Shown one piece after another: positions 50,537 to 63,300 of a stretch of DNA of 64,000 nucleotides (position 1 is the stretch's first letter; each line of letters begins with the position of its first letter). The notes under the pieces were generated by a model, which ran no database searches, was not told the DNA's origin, and saw only the letters and a list, made by a program, of their open reading frames with translations. The position numbers and the translations under genes are program-made. The stretch is from Takakia lepidozioides (taxonomy: Eukaryota > Plantae > Bryophyta), in assembly GCA_030704615.1 (NCBI GenBank), contig CM060733.1:72044001-72108000 (forward strand), given 5' to 3'.

Positions 50537-52899
50537 CTGTGGATCCAACTCCACCTCTGCACCTCGTGGCTCAGGAACTCATGCTGCTCTTCGAGTCACG
50601 GCTGCAGCAGACTCCACCTGCACTAGTGGTAGTGCTGCTCCACAAATGAATCCCATGCCTCCCATATCTCCTCCCTCAAGAGCAGGAGGTGGACCATCCG
50701 GCCTTAGAGCCAGTACCACCTGAGCTGTAGCCATGGCAGCGAGCCTTTGCTCTAGCTGCTGAAACCGGTTGGCCATGCCTTGGTCAACACCCTGACCTCC
50801 GCGTCCTTGGCCATGTTGAGCTTGCCCTTGGCCTGCACCTCGTGGCTAGCCACCTCGTCCTCTGCTCCACCTCGCCCCCGGCCACCATTGTTCCCTTGGA
50901 ACTGGCCTGGGCGCAACTCAGGATGCAAACCATAACACTGGGCCTCTCCATGCCCGTGCTTGCCACAATGCCCACACTGCAACTGTGCAGGCTGTGCATG
51001 TGCCGGCCCTTTGCCTCCCTCTGGGCAATCCTTCTTGATATGGGGTCCTCCACATGTCCAGCACACCACATCCGCCCGTTGTTGGCCAGCAAATGAAGGG
51101 AGAGACCCCTGCATCTGAGGTCCTCTCTGCCCTTCCCTGAGCTTCACCTGAGCCCCCTTGTTGCCTTGAGCACATTGAGGTAATGGTTGGCTAGGAGCAC
51201 CACTACCCCGTGGTGTCTCCTTAGCAAATCCCACCATGATCACTCGTTCCTCCACCATGTTGAGCTCTATCCGCTCTGCAAGCAAAAACACATTTGCTAA
51301 GGTGGGTTGGGCCGCTTGTAGGAGAGTTGCATCCCGCACCCTTCTCCTCAGCTCCTTGTCCAATATCCCATCCCAGAATTGCCTGAGCTTCCGTAACCCC
51401 TTGGATTACATTTATCAAGCGCCTCATGCGAGTGAAAGCCTCCCTCAAGCTCTCGGACGACTTCCATTGGAACTCTTGCAAGCTCCGCAATTTCTCTGTC
51501 CTCACCCCTTGGTAGTTCCCTCTCAACTCTTCGAAGAACTCCACAACAGGATTGAAGGCAGACACGGGTACTAGTGCTGGTGTGGTAGTGGCTTGGGTGG
51601 ACGTCGTAGCTACTGTACCACCAGTCCCACTAGTCCCTCTGCTACTTGCTGAAGCTGCCGGTGCAGCGACAGGTGTAGCCACTGCCCTCGTGGCTCTAGT
51701 GCCCCTAGTGATGGAGACATAGTCGGGTGACCAATACATCCTCCACTCCTCGATCTCAACCTCATGCCCCCGCCTGAACTCATGGTAATCATCCATAGGC
51801 GGCCCCTCAAGGTGCTGAACAGCCCCTTCCATGCCATGAAAGGCGTAAATAGTTGTGGATTGCGCATTTGCTGCAAATCAGACCAACTATCAAACTCTTG
51901 GATAAAATCATCCAACTCGATGGTGCCCACCGCCCCAGAGTACCTTCGTGGCCCCTTGGTAGCTCCATACATCTCCTCCATTGTGTCCCACAACAATGGC
52001 AAGGAAACAACTTTTACCGCCGGTATGAGTCCTCCTGATTCACAATCCGAATCAGCACCTTCCGTAGAAGACACAGGAGGTGAAGGTGGCCTAAACCGCA
52101 CACCTTGTCTCGTGTACCCACTAGTATCGCTAGTGCTCGAACCGGCACTGTCCCCAGCAACTAGTGGTACCTCCGTGTTGACACTCAACCGGTCATGAAC
52201 ATGTCCCTAACCCCCTCTCCACAAGGTAACCGGGTAGAGAACCTGTTGCGGCTTATGGTTTGGAATACTAAGTTCCTAACATAGCCTACACCTGTACCTG
52301 CATCCACCACAAGCACTCCTATGGTTGGCTGGTCATCACCTCCAACCTCACCACAAGAGAAACAATGATGGTCTGGCTGGTCATCACCCCAGCCTCACCA
52401 TCGACAGCATGCTCTAGGACTGGCCGGTGATCAAATCCGGACCAATCACCTATAAAAACAAGCGCCCACACAAAACTAGCATGGCGCACAGTCAAGCATG
52501 CAAATATGGAGGGGATCCAAACACAAGAAATCAGAACGACAACTCCCCCACACCAAAAACAACTCCACGGTGTTGCTCCTGCAAGGACACCCCAGCCCAA
52601 ACCCGGACTGACTCTTGCCTCCACCTACGGAAAGGTCTTGGCCTAATGAGAAGGTGAAACTACGAGGAAGAGAAGCTAAAGCAATGCCTAACCCCAGCAT
52701 GCCCTCATCCCAACACTCTTCCTCTCCTCTCTTCCCTTACTTGCATGACCATGGGAATATCATGAAGATACTCCTCAAACCGCCCTCCACGAGCTTCAAA
52801 ATTCGGCCGTCAAGACCACATGTCAGTCCTTAGGCAGTCCACCGGTGCCTCCACGAGTCAGCACAGGCCATCCACAGGTCAACACGGGCCACCACAGAC

Positions 52900-53365
52900 C
52901 AGCACAGGCCCACACAGCTCACTGGTCATAGCCGTCACAGCCCTACACAGGTCACAAGGTCATAGCCCCACAGGCCGCAGCCTGTCACAGCCCGTCACAG
53001 CCCCACAGGCCACATGGCACAGCCTGTCACAGCCCTACACAGGTCACATGGGTCACAGCCCCAAAGGCCACAGCCCCTCACAGCCCGTCACAGCTCGCCA
53101 CAGCCTGTCACAGCCCATCACAGCCCCACAGGCCACAGGGCACAGCCTGTCACAGCCCCTCACAGCCCGTCATAGCCCCACAGGCCACTGGGCTTAGCCT
53201 GTCACAGCCCCTCACAGTCCCACAGGCCACAGGGCACAGCCTGTCACAGCCCCTCACAGCCCGTCACAGCTCGCCACAGCCTGTCACAGCCCATCACAGC
53301 CCCACAGGCCACAGGGCACAGCCTGTCATAGCCCACCACAGCCCGTCACAGCCCCATAGGCCATT
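52900..53365. repeat. CACAGCC-based minisatellite in the leader of copy B
   Basis: Dozens of (GT)CACAGCC units organised in higher-order blocks. Confidence 0.9.
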
Positions 53366-53799
53366 CATGACAGTTTAGCCATTTCTCCAAGGGGTTTAGC
53401 CACGCCAAGCTAGGGTTTGTGTCTCTTGGACTCTAGGCTTTTTTGCACCGAGCTATGGTGGCTATGAAGAAATCAGCAAGGTATTCTTGCTCTTTCGGCT
53501 CCCACACACCACCAATAGTAGCTCTAAGCCATGAGGAAGATGGTTGCCACAAACCAAGCCTTCTTTCTCACTTAGACTCCCCAAACACGCCACTAAACTC
53601 AATGGCAAACAACCAAGCCTTGCTGGTTTCCAGCCCTTGTGAGCACTCATTCAAGCATTTCCCTTGGCTATAGCATCTGTCTTAGAGCCTATTCCAGCCC
53701 CCTACACCTGCCACTTCAAGAGCCATGCTCTATCTAGGCTTGAGGTTGAAACCCCAACTTAGAACACGCTCTACAAGTGTCGGACTGTCACATAAGAGC

Positions 53800-54230
53800 A
53801 GATCAACCCCTTACCTTTTCTTCTAGTTCTCTAAAGCTTGAAAACAAAAGCCCAATGGATTGAAGGCGTGCTCCACCCATGCCCCACTCTCACCACCAGA
53901 GAATCAGCCCCTTTGCTTTTTTTCTTGCACCCACCAACCTGAAAATACACGCTTCAGCGGGCTGGAAGCATGCTCCACACATGCCCTACAGGGAAACCAG
54001 CCCCTTCCTTCCTTTCTTGCACTCCCAAACCTGAAAGTACAAGCCTTCAACAGGCTGAAAGCATGCTCCACACATGCATTGCTCTCACATAAGGGAAGTC
54101 AGCCCTTCCCTCTTCCTTGCTTGCCCTCCAAGCTTGAAGATGGAAGCTTCAATGAGCTGAATACATGCTCCACACATGCAACCTCTTCACACAAGAGGTA
54201 TCAGCCCCCTATCTTGGCTCCTTAGCTCCT
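53800..54230. repeat. Four diverged ~90-105-bp repeats (GCATGCTCCACACATGC) in the leader of copy B
   Basis: Motif near 53867, 53968, 54061 and 54163. Confidence 0.7.
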
Positions 54231-55899
54231 TGATGCTCTCTAAGACAAGACTAAGCACTCCACAACCCTTGCCAAGCCCCTGAAACCCTAAGGCTTACAT
54301 TTCCAGCCACAAGATACTCCTCTTATGGTGCAAGAGCTCTTCTTCCAAGCTCTAAAACCCTAGGTGCATATTCCATGGCCTTGCCGCACCTCTTAGCTCT
54401 TGTTCCAGCCCTGCTCTTGCCATGACAAGAGCCCTCTCAATGCTGAAGCTCGAGATTGAAACCCAATCTCAACATACTCCACAAAGTGCACTGATTTGCC
54501 CCAAGCCAAATCAGCCCTTTCGCTTGGTCTTGCAATCCTGCAGCATGGTGCTTTCATCTCTGAAGATGAAGATCGAATGCCAAGGTCTACCACCTCGTAA
54601 CCCACATCGCCTCCGCTTCTAACAACCAAGAGCTCCACGGTGCTCCTTGCATAACAACCTGGTTTCTCTCATTCTCAAGCAAAAACCACAAGTGCTCCAA
54701 CTAACTTGTATCTGGCACTCACAGACACAAACTCATCTTTCTCGAGTTATAAAGAAGAAGAATACAAGTACAAGCTCATGCGAGCTCACAAAGCTGAAGC
54801 ATAAACTCATGCATATATAAACTCATCACTCAAATACAAGTCAAGCCAAGTGCACCCCACGCCATGGGGAATCCACACTACGGCGCCATAGCTAGGCGCG
54901 GTGAGGCTCAACTCGAGAAAGATGAGCCTCCCGTGCTTGTCGTGAAGATAACCACTCCAGGGCCTAAATCTGCCTTGACCCCTGGATTGACACTTGGGCC
55001 AATCCCAAATGTCAATATGTAAAAGCTAGCTATTTCCTAGCTAGTTTCACACTAGTGGTAAAATAACTTGACATGCTGCTCAGCTTTGACAATGCTTTGA
55101 CACTTTGGCAGATTTCAAGAACAAGGTGGAGTACCCTGATTCCCTGGGGATTGATACCTCCAACAAACCTGAATGGTAGATGGTCAACTGGAAGCAGTAG
55201 CAACGACACACTTTGACTACACACACAAGTAGCACACACAAGAGGTCCTTTTGGGTTGATGGTCAGTCAAATCCTCCATGAGTCATGACACAATGTCGAG
55301 GACAATGTGGTGAGGGCACCTTCTTCTTCAACCTATTTTAGCCTGTTTTCCCCTCTCATCAGACTCGGCCCTGAGATGCATATTGAATTCTGTAAGGTGC
55401 CTTGTTGGGTGGATATATGGTGGTTTGGGGTGAATTAGACAAGATTCTGCCGATGTGGCAGCATGAAAGTATCCCAAAATAGATAACAGACATGAGGAGA
55501 AGCATTGCAATGAACACTTTTCCAACCCCAGTCAATGGTGGGACAATGAAGACAAAAAGGTGAATGCTTGTTGGACTACGGTGAGAAGCATAAGCAATTC
55601 AGAATTGGAACCACCGTAATAAGTAGGGTTGGGGTGTTTGCTGGAAGAACTTCACGCCAGCTGCTAGGAGCTTTGCCTCCAATGTATTCATGATTTGTAC
55701 ACAGGCAGGGGAAGGGCCAGGGATAGAGGTCCAGATTCATCCAAGAGGGCCGGATTTCAAACCCAACATTACTTCTAATTCCCTATGGATGAGTAGCTAC
55801 AAGAAATCGGCGTGGGTAGATGGTCAAATGGAAATAGCAGCGGCAACAGCACAATTGATAGAAGAAGGCACCTTCTTCAACACATTTCAAGGACAAGGA

Positions 55900-57905
55900 A
55901 AATGTGGTGAGGCAATCCCCTATGACATAGCACAAACCTTGACTATTCCAAAGAGAGTCACCAGCTGGAACTGCCAAAGGTTGCAGAAGTATAAAGACAG
56001 AACCCAAAGCCAGGAGCTGTCCAGGGGAACAGGTGTTGTCAGGATAGTAAGAGATGTGATTCGCCTGTCGCTTTGCCAACACCCACCAGCTGGAGATATG
56101 TGATATAGTTCACCGGCGCCTCCGAAATGGAGATTTGGTGTATGCCAATGGGCCACCATCAGTCCATGCGCACTCTCCAATGGCCTAACAAGTGGTGTTA
56201 CACTCAGGTATCGTGCTGGCGATAAATCCAATGATTTGCCCTCCATACAATGCAGATTTTGATGGGGACATTCTTTCACCTTTTCGTTCCACAATCACTG
56301 GAAGCCATGGCTGAACTACAAGAGCTGATGACACTACAACAACAAACTATCAGCTCCCAAGGAGGGCAGCCGCTACTTGGACTTAGCCAGGATGCTCTGC
56401 TTGCTGCTCACTTGATAACTAGCACTAAGTTGCTATTGGACAAAGTTTGTTTAGTGCAACAGTTGGCTATGTGGGCATCGGTCCCACTGCTAGAAGAAAC
56501 TATCGTCAAATCGCCTGAAGGAGGCCCTTTCTGGACTGGAGTTCAAATGTATGTGTTGACATTGCCAGCAGGTCTTGACCGAATCAGCTGATGACAAGGT
56601 TCTCATCAGGAATGGCGAGATTTGAAGTGCACCAACTTTAAATGGCTGCATGGAGGTAATGACAGTGTCATTGTTGCCCTTTGTGATCTGGTGGGGCGAA
56701 GAGGAGCCCTAGAACTGTTATAAGTCAGCCAAACGCATTCTACATGCCTGCCTTTCATTGCAAGGCTTCAGTGCAGGGCTGCCCGATTTCCTTGTGCCCT
56801 TGGACTCAAAGTGGAGACAAAATATGCTGCGCGTTGTCAACATTGAGTGTCTTGAAAGGGAAATGTATCAGGCTGTGGCGCAGATGCGATGCCTAATCAT
56901 CCATGAAAGTGGATTTTGATCAATGCTTTGATAGATCTGTCGTTGACCTGACAAGCTTCACCAAAAAAGTGACTAACGTGGAGGATGCCATAATGAAAAC
57001 ATTTCAAGCCTCTGCTGCCCACATAGAAGATATTCTCTCTAATACCATGCAGGGTGGTGGAAACTCACTGCTTGATATGGCGAGGTCAGGAAGCAAAGGT
57101 TCTACGCGTAAACTGATAGGCAAAGACATAATTTCAACTGACCGAATGTTGGGAGGCTCATGGGTTTGTACAAGGATCATTGGTAGATGGATTGAGAATT
57201 TTGGAGCTTTTCAACCACACCATTGCCAACAGAACTGGCATACTTCGTAAACATGTAGAGGTGATACAACTAGGAACTCTTTTCAACGCCCTTTATATGC
57301 TATCCTCATAGATACATATTGGGTATGATGAAACTGTTTGCAGTCAGTAGTGGGCAAAACATTGTACGATTCTGTTATGGTGGAGCTTCGACAGAACGGA
57401 CGAAGGCGGAAGTGACTGTGTGCAGGGGTTCAAATGGAGTCGGTAAAAACTGACAAGTGAAGCAGTTGGAGTGTTGGTAGCCAGTGCCATATGTCAGGCA
57501 GCTTATGAGGTCATGCTGGGATAATCCTTACCTGAGTGGGTCTTTCAAACTTCGGTGGCTCGAGCGCGTGCAGGTATTTGAGTACCACTAAAAGGGCCAT
57601 CTTCGTTTGAGAGCCTTAGCATGTGAAGTGCATAATCTAGTTTCACATGCTACAGATTTGGTGCATTTGATTTATGGAATCTGTTTACAAATATAGAGGA
57701 ATGCTTTTTGAAGTCATTGATGGACTAACATGTGCCCGTGCAAACCACAGGAACTCCAGATCCCTGGTTGATGAATGCGTCATGATTAAGCTTGCCTTAT
57801 ATGCGACTGCTTGAAGCCTTGGTGTCATAAGAAGAAAGTGCTTGAAGTTCAAGATCACTTATGGAAGATTCCTCTGAAGATGCTTGTGCAAAGCAGCTCT
57901 ATTGA
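55900..57905 (+). pseudogene. RNA polymerase IV/V largest subunit (NRPD1/NRPE1-like) pseudogene
   Basis: IPYDIAQTLTIPKRVTSWN; NGPPSVHAHS; INPMICPPYNADFDGD (NADFDGD at 56249-56269), frameshifting into HLFVPQSLEAMAELQELM; QQLAMW...PFWTGVQM; SGSKG; GYDETV...QNIVRFCYGG followed within ~80 nt by EAVGVLVASAICQAAYEVML, i.e. the Pol IV/V-type deletion relative to RPB1. Confidence 0.88.
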
Positions 57906-59077
57906 GTAAGGAAGCTCACTAAGAGGGGGATAAATTATAGTCATTTAATTGGTTTTACCATAGGCTTATGACTACATATATTGTGCCCAATGCACGTTAT
58001 TATGCAATGTGCAGAAGGGGCCCATTGGGGTAGGGAGCAGGAAGTATCAGTTTGGTAAGGAAGACAAAGGACCTTCCGGTAGCATGGTTTTAACTCCCCT
58101 AGTGTTGCAAGTTACTGGGTTGTCTCTTACCATGCATTCCACCCTGAAATTTTCATGTTTGTGTTCTAATAAGTGTTATAGAGTGGTTTTCGCATGCTCT
58201 CATATGATGAACCACTTGTTATATATGAGGTTGGCAAGTTTTGGAACATGAAGAACCTTCGTGTGGGAATGAATGGTGCATTGGTGCGTCTGGGAGGGTC
58301 AACTGGGTTGGGGGTGTTGGGTCGTGAAGGGTAATATTCCAACCTGCAAGTATATTAGGACAACCTCATGCCCGAGGCTTGGTGCCAAGTGATCCCTTTC
58401 AATGCTGTATGCGATGTCAGGGATGTCTGAACCTCAAGTAGAGAGCCCTAGATAGATGCAACAACTGGTGGGTGTGAGTGCATGAGCTGCAACCAAAAAT
58501 GTTCTTCCATAAATCTAGTATTCTGGGAACTGCCTGCAACGCAATTTCAAAAATATAACTCGGTGTAGACCAACACCTTTGCCTCTCTCTGCTTGTGCCA
58601 GCTCTTCTCACTACCCCCAACTCTGTTGTTTTTTAGTACTTGAACCACATATGTGAAAACTGATTATGACAATTGTGTTGAGAATTTCAGTGAGGGAAAT
58701 GCCTCATGAGAGGCCACCCTTATTAAAAATAACATTGTCAATGGCAGTGGCAGATATAAAATTTGAAGTCCTTAGTCATGTCGATCCATGGATGGAAGGA
58801 AAATGAAGAGTGACTCTCCAAATCTAATGTGCTGCCCCCTTTGCAGGTCAAATTGCAGCAACGTAAATTAATGGAAGAGATCTTGTGCTGCCACAGAAAA
58901 AAGTTCAGTGCCATCATGAGAATCACGAAGAAAAATCCTGCCGGGTAGATATTTTCGGTCACAGGTCTGATGTTGAAAATGAGCTCTTGTATTACTTATC
59001 GTGCCATTTTCAGGTTTAAGGGCCAGCAAGGCAATGAATGGATATCGATGGGAGGCTAAGAAATTTGAATTCTTGAC

Positions 59078-59225
59078 ATAGCCCATAGCCCTCCAATCTG
59101 CAATAGCCCTCCAATAGCCATTTCCCCTCCATTACCCTTGTAGAGTAAGGGGGAGAATAGCCATTTCCCCCTGGGAATAGCCAGTTCCCCCTGGAAATCG
59201 CCATTCTCAGTGGGAATAGCCACTT
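59078..59225. repeat. Short AATAGCCA/CCCC repeats
   Basis: About 8 degenerate ATAGCC-containing units of 12-21 bp. Confidence 0.6.
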
Positions 59226-60058
59226 ATCCTAGAATTATTTGTACGTGTAGACATAATGACCATTTCGTGCAGATCCATAATCTTGAAAATAGAGTTTTAG
59301 ATTCACATAGCTATTACCTTGAATGTGCAGTGGATCACCTACATGATAAGCTCCAACGATGACATGACCATGAATGTCTCTTAGTACACTATGATATTGT
59401 AGAACATTCTTACTACACTAGGATGTTGTGAGCACAAAATATGTGGTCTGCTCATGCATGGACGCTTTGCTGGTATAGCGTTGCCATGCGGGGAGTGATC
59501 CCCTACAGCTGGGGTTGAGCGGTACTAAAGACGTTGTCTATCTCCTTGAAATTTTAAGCTACCCCAACTGTTAAAATGTCTGAAAACATACCGGAAATAG
59601 TTATACTGGAAAATTCAAAGCCTAATGGTCAATATCACGCACCAGTTCATGGCTAAAAGGTGGTGACTCCCACTTTGATGGCTAAAAGCCAGTGACTCAA
59701 ACGTTCAGGCATTGCAGGTGGGTTCTTCGTTGTTTTGGGTTGCATGCTGTAGATCCCTTACACATCTCCAGCTCTCTATTTAATGTCGCATCAGCCGGGC
59801 AGATGAGCATACCCTTTTAACCTGAAAATCATGAAACAAATTGCCATATCAAGTGTGAGCAAAATACCTTATAAGGGACTATGCCAACCGTCCATCTAGG
59901 ACTGATTCCTACATAAGTGTTATGATAGGGAATCTACAATCAGAAATTAGATTGCTATAAGTGTGAGCAAAATAAAAGGGACTATGCCAAGAGTCTATTT
60001 ACAAAAGTGTACCCTACATAAGTGTGCGGTGCAACGGTGCTATAATTACCAACTATCT

Positions 60059-60186
60059 AGTCCTTGGAGGACTGCCACTTATAGTAACTACCGAGTCCTC
60101 CAAGGACTGCCACTTGTAACTACCTCGTCCTTGGAGGACTGCCACTTGTAACTACCCAGTCCTTGGAGGACTGCCACCTATAACTA
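60059..60186. repeat. Four ~32-35-bp tandem units GTCCTTGGAGGACTGCCACTT(A/G)TA
   Basis: Units near 60060, 60095, 60127 and 60159. Confidence 0.85.
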
Positions 60187-60333
60187 ATTATCCTAGCTAA
60201 TACTGAGAACTGACTAACACAGGTGATTTAACAGAATCCACAATGAAGTTTATTCTACAAGATAGACTCTTTGTGAAATGTATAAATATACCTGATGTAG
60301 ATGTTGCTGTTCATCTACCCGATGTTGTTGGAC

Positions 60334-63300
60334 TTAAGCCATTCCATACACGTCCTCACCATCCGTAATAGCAAGCATGATTTTGCTGGTCATGGATTTC
60401 ATGGTATCATAGTTGGGTATCATGAACTCCTGAAAACATGTCCGAGCATAAGGTAATGATAGTTTGGATATCGATGCATCATGCACAATGGAGATTTTGT
60501 CAACCTCCGAGAAGTAATGAGAGTCTGTGATGAACTTGTGGAGACGATGTCTTTCATAGAACGTCATTGATTTCACAAGCTCCTCAAACCAAGAACGTAA
60601 CTGTTCTGGAAAATCGGGGCTATATATGCAAGACGATAGAAATTCATCCGCTGTAAAAGCCAGTTTTGCATTGAATACGGTGAGTAATGAGGTCACTGTC
60701 AAATGTGTCTTCACTTCAAACTGCTTCAGATCGTTGAGTACATCCTGTGAGATTCGACCGGTATCATCCTTTTCTAAACTGTTGATGGCAAAGTAGAAAC
60801 CTTCTCTTAGAACTGCTCCAATTGCAGAGCATTTTGTAAATAACAAATATTTCATGATGGATCTGTAAGTTGAATCAATTGAGCAAGGGGATCCCTCCAC
60901 TTGAGATTTGTCCTTCACTTCCATCTTCAAGATGAACACTATAATGTCCTGGAAACAATCATCTGTAATAAGTTCTTGTCTATACTCTTCTTTGGAGGTC
61001 TCATCTTCCATATTCTTGAGAACCTGGAAAGCATAAACATGGTTGGGAAAACGCTCCTTCATGTCTCTTTCATACAATAACTGCGTCTCCCGATTTACTC
61101 CTGTATCCCAATTTGGAATATCTCCGGTTGCATGGGCCAATGTGGAATTTGTGAAGCTCATTGGAACTTGTTGTCCATAAGCCACCATCATGAACATCAA
61201 AAAGCCCATAAATAGGATGTCTGCTCTTACTCGTTTGCTCAAGACCTCATTGTCTTTCAAATGATGGACAACACGGCGTATTCGGGGATTGCCAAAGACT
61301 GAGTGAACACATTGCACATGACAAATGATATGATTATAAATTGGATCTATACCATTACGCAACTACAACAAAAATATAATATAATATACACACACCCTAT
61401 ATAATAGATTGAAAAATAGATTTTTAAAATGCTTACCCCTAAGTTATTGAAAAATTGTTTCCATGCGGACGTTAAAAAATTTCGAGTTGGACCACCGATT
61501 TCAGCAGTGCCTTCCTCCAGAATACTGACTCCATTATGAAAGTGGGATATTGCTATGTACTTCACAAATAGCATTGGAATGCACAGTCCATCTCGGTTTT
61601 GTCCATCAAAGAAAGTCCGTAATGTCTCCAACTCCATCCCTGCTTTCACCTATTCAGCCAATGTAAACAAATGGGTAAGAATTACTCGAGCAGTTTATCA
61701 TGATTTAAATGCATGAAGCACCATCTATGGATTAAAGGCAGATGAAATGAAACCACCTGTAATTCAGTTTTGTCCAACTGAAGTGCCGCAAGAGTGTAGG
61801 TAGTCATCCTATGTTTCAAGTGATGTTGTATGAGGGCTTCATATGCATCACCGCACTCTTTCAGTGCAATCCTTAGTTGCATGGCCCTCATGTCGATTTT
61901 TTGGTTGTCCTCCTCGTATCCATCCATTGCTTTGGTATAATTAGCTTGTCTGGAAACCATAGCCTCCAGTCCCAATAAGCTTACACCCTTCGCTTTTGGC
62001 ATCTCCTTGACTACTTGCCACAATTCAGCCGCTGACATGCTACCAATTATAAATTCGCCATCGATTAAACTTGACAGTAATTCCCATTCTTCCCAATCAG
62101 GTTTTGCATGCTCTTCAAAGATGCTCTGTATCTCATATTTTGAGAACACAGACAATGACGGGTTGTTCTCCAGTAAAATCTCCAAATGAGTATCCACGAG
62201 TTCATCACTTAGGCCAAGGTGATCGTTCCATCTTCCAAGCAACATAGCCAATGTTGAGCTTGCTGCAAGATCACTCTTGTCTATTTCACGTTGTGAGCTC
62301 TCCATGCATCTGTAAAGGTTGTCCCATTTGATGAGCTTGTCAACATGTACATGGGGGTCACAAGTAGAATTAAAACCTTGTAACATTCCTTCACCCCTAT
62401 TGGCCGCTTGGTTTAGGACGTGTAGCTCCCTATCAGCTGCCTTCCACGTAGATTCCAATAATATCGCCCGTGAGGCAAAATCCTCTTCAAATTATATCTG
62501 TTGGTTTTGGCCACAAGAGCTATTGTCATAGGTGTGTTTCTTGGAGAAAACACATTCAACACGCTAGATGATTCCAGATCAATAAAATTAGTATGTGTTG
62601 ACATACTAATGGGAGGTTCAACATGATCGGAACAATCCACTTCAACGCTTTCAGAAGATGCCATCGGTCGTTTGCGACGTGAACCATTTGAACTGGAGCA
62701 AACCTCGGGAATAGTCACACTTCTTACTCTTGGAAAATGTGCCTGTATGGCAGTCCGGTGGTTATGCACAACGTTGGTTCCTGGAACAGACAATGCCACA
62801 ACCTTGTCATTGGACACGTGACAAGAAGTAGCTGTTGGTTGAGGGAATGGAAAAGCATTGGAGGAGGATGGTGATCTTTCTGGTTCCATAGCCTCGTCCT
62901 CAACATCATCATCTTCAACTTGATCATTGTTGTTGACTGTATATTCCACAACAAATTCCCTTCATTGAAGTAGGCTTGCCGATTTCACATACTCGTCCAC
63001 TTGATTTTGGACTAGAAGATAATAAGGATCAGGTATGTAAATAATCTGAACAAGCCCCACACCCAAAAATTTAGCATCACATAAATTAAAACATTCTAAT
63101 CAATACAAATATAAAAAAGAAATGTGCACGTACTCTGCAGCTAAGTAAACTGGTTGTATTGAATACATGCAAAAAGGACAAGCAAATCAAAGACCATTTA
63201 TTGTATTTGAAACTTACCCTTGGTCTCCCCCCTTTTCTTGTAGGAAGGCGTGACCAGATTTCAACTTTGCAAAGGTAGAAAATAGACTCCGGTAACACCA

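Larger units (their letters stand above)
48100..55073 (-). mobile_element. Ty3/Gypsy retrotransposon copy B: 5' repeat X, long leader, gag, protease, N-terminal half of DNMT; 3'-truncated
   Basis: Begins TGTCAAG at 55073. X (54749-55073) is near-identical to 418-742. Gag, protease and DNMT are colinear with copy A; GWPCQ at 48267-48281, and the DNMT frame is open through YILENVP. Confidence 0.93.

Noticed and set aside
38966-55073. One single 16-kb retrotransposon
   Set aside because: Gag, protease and DNMT occur twice, and X at 55 kb does not match X' at 39 kb. These are two truncated copies.
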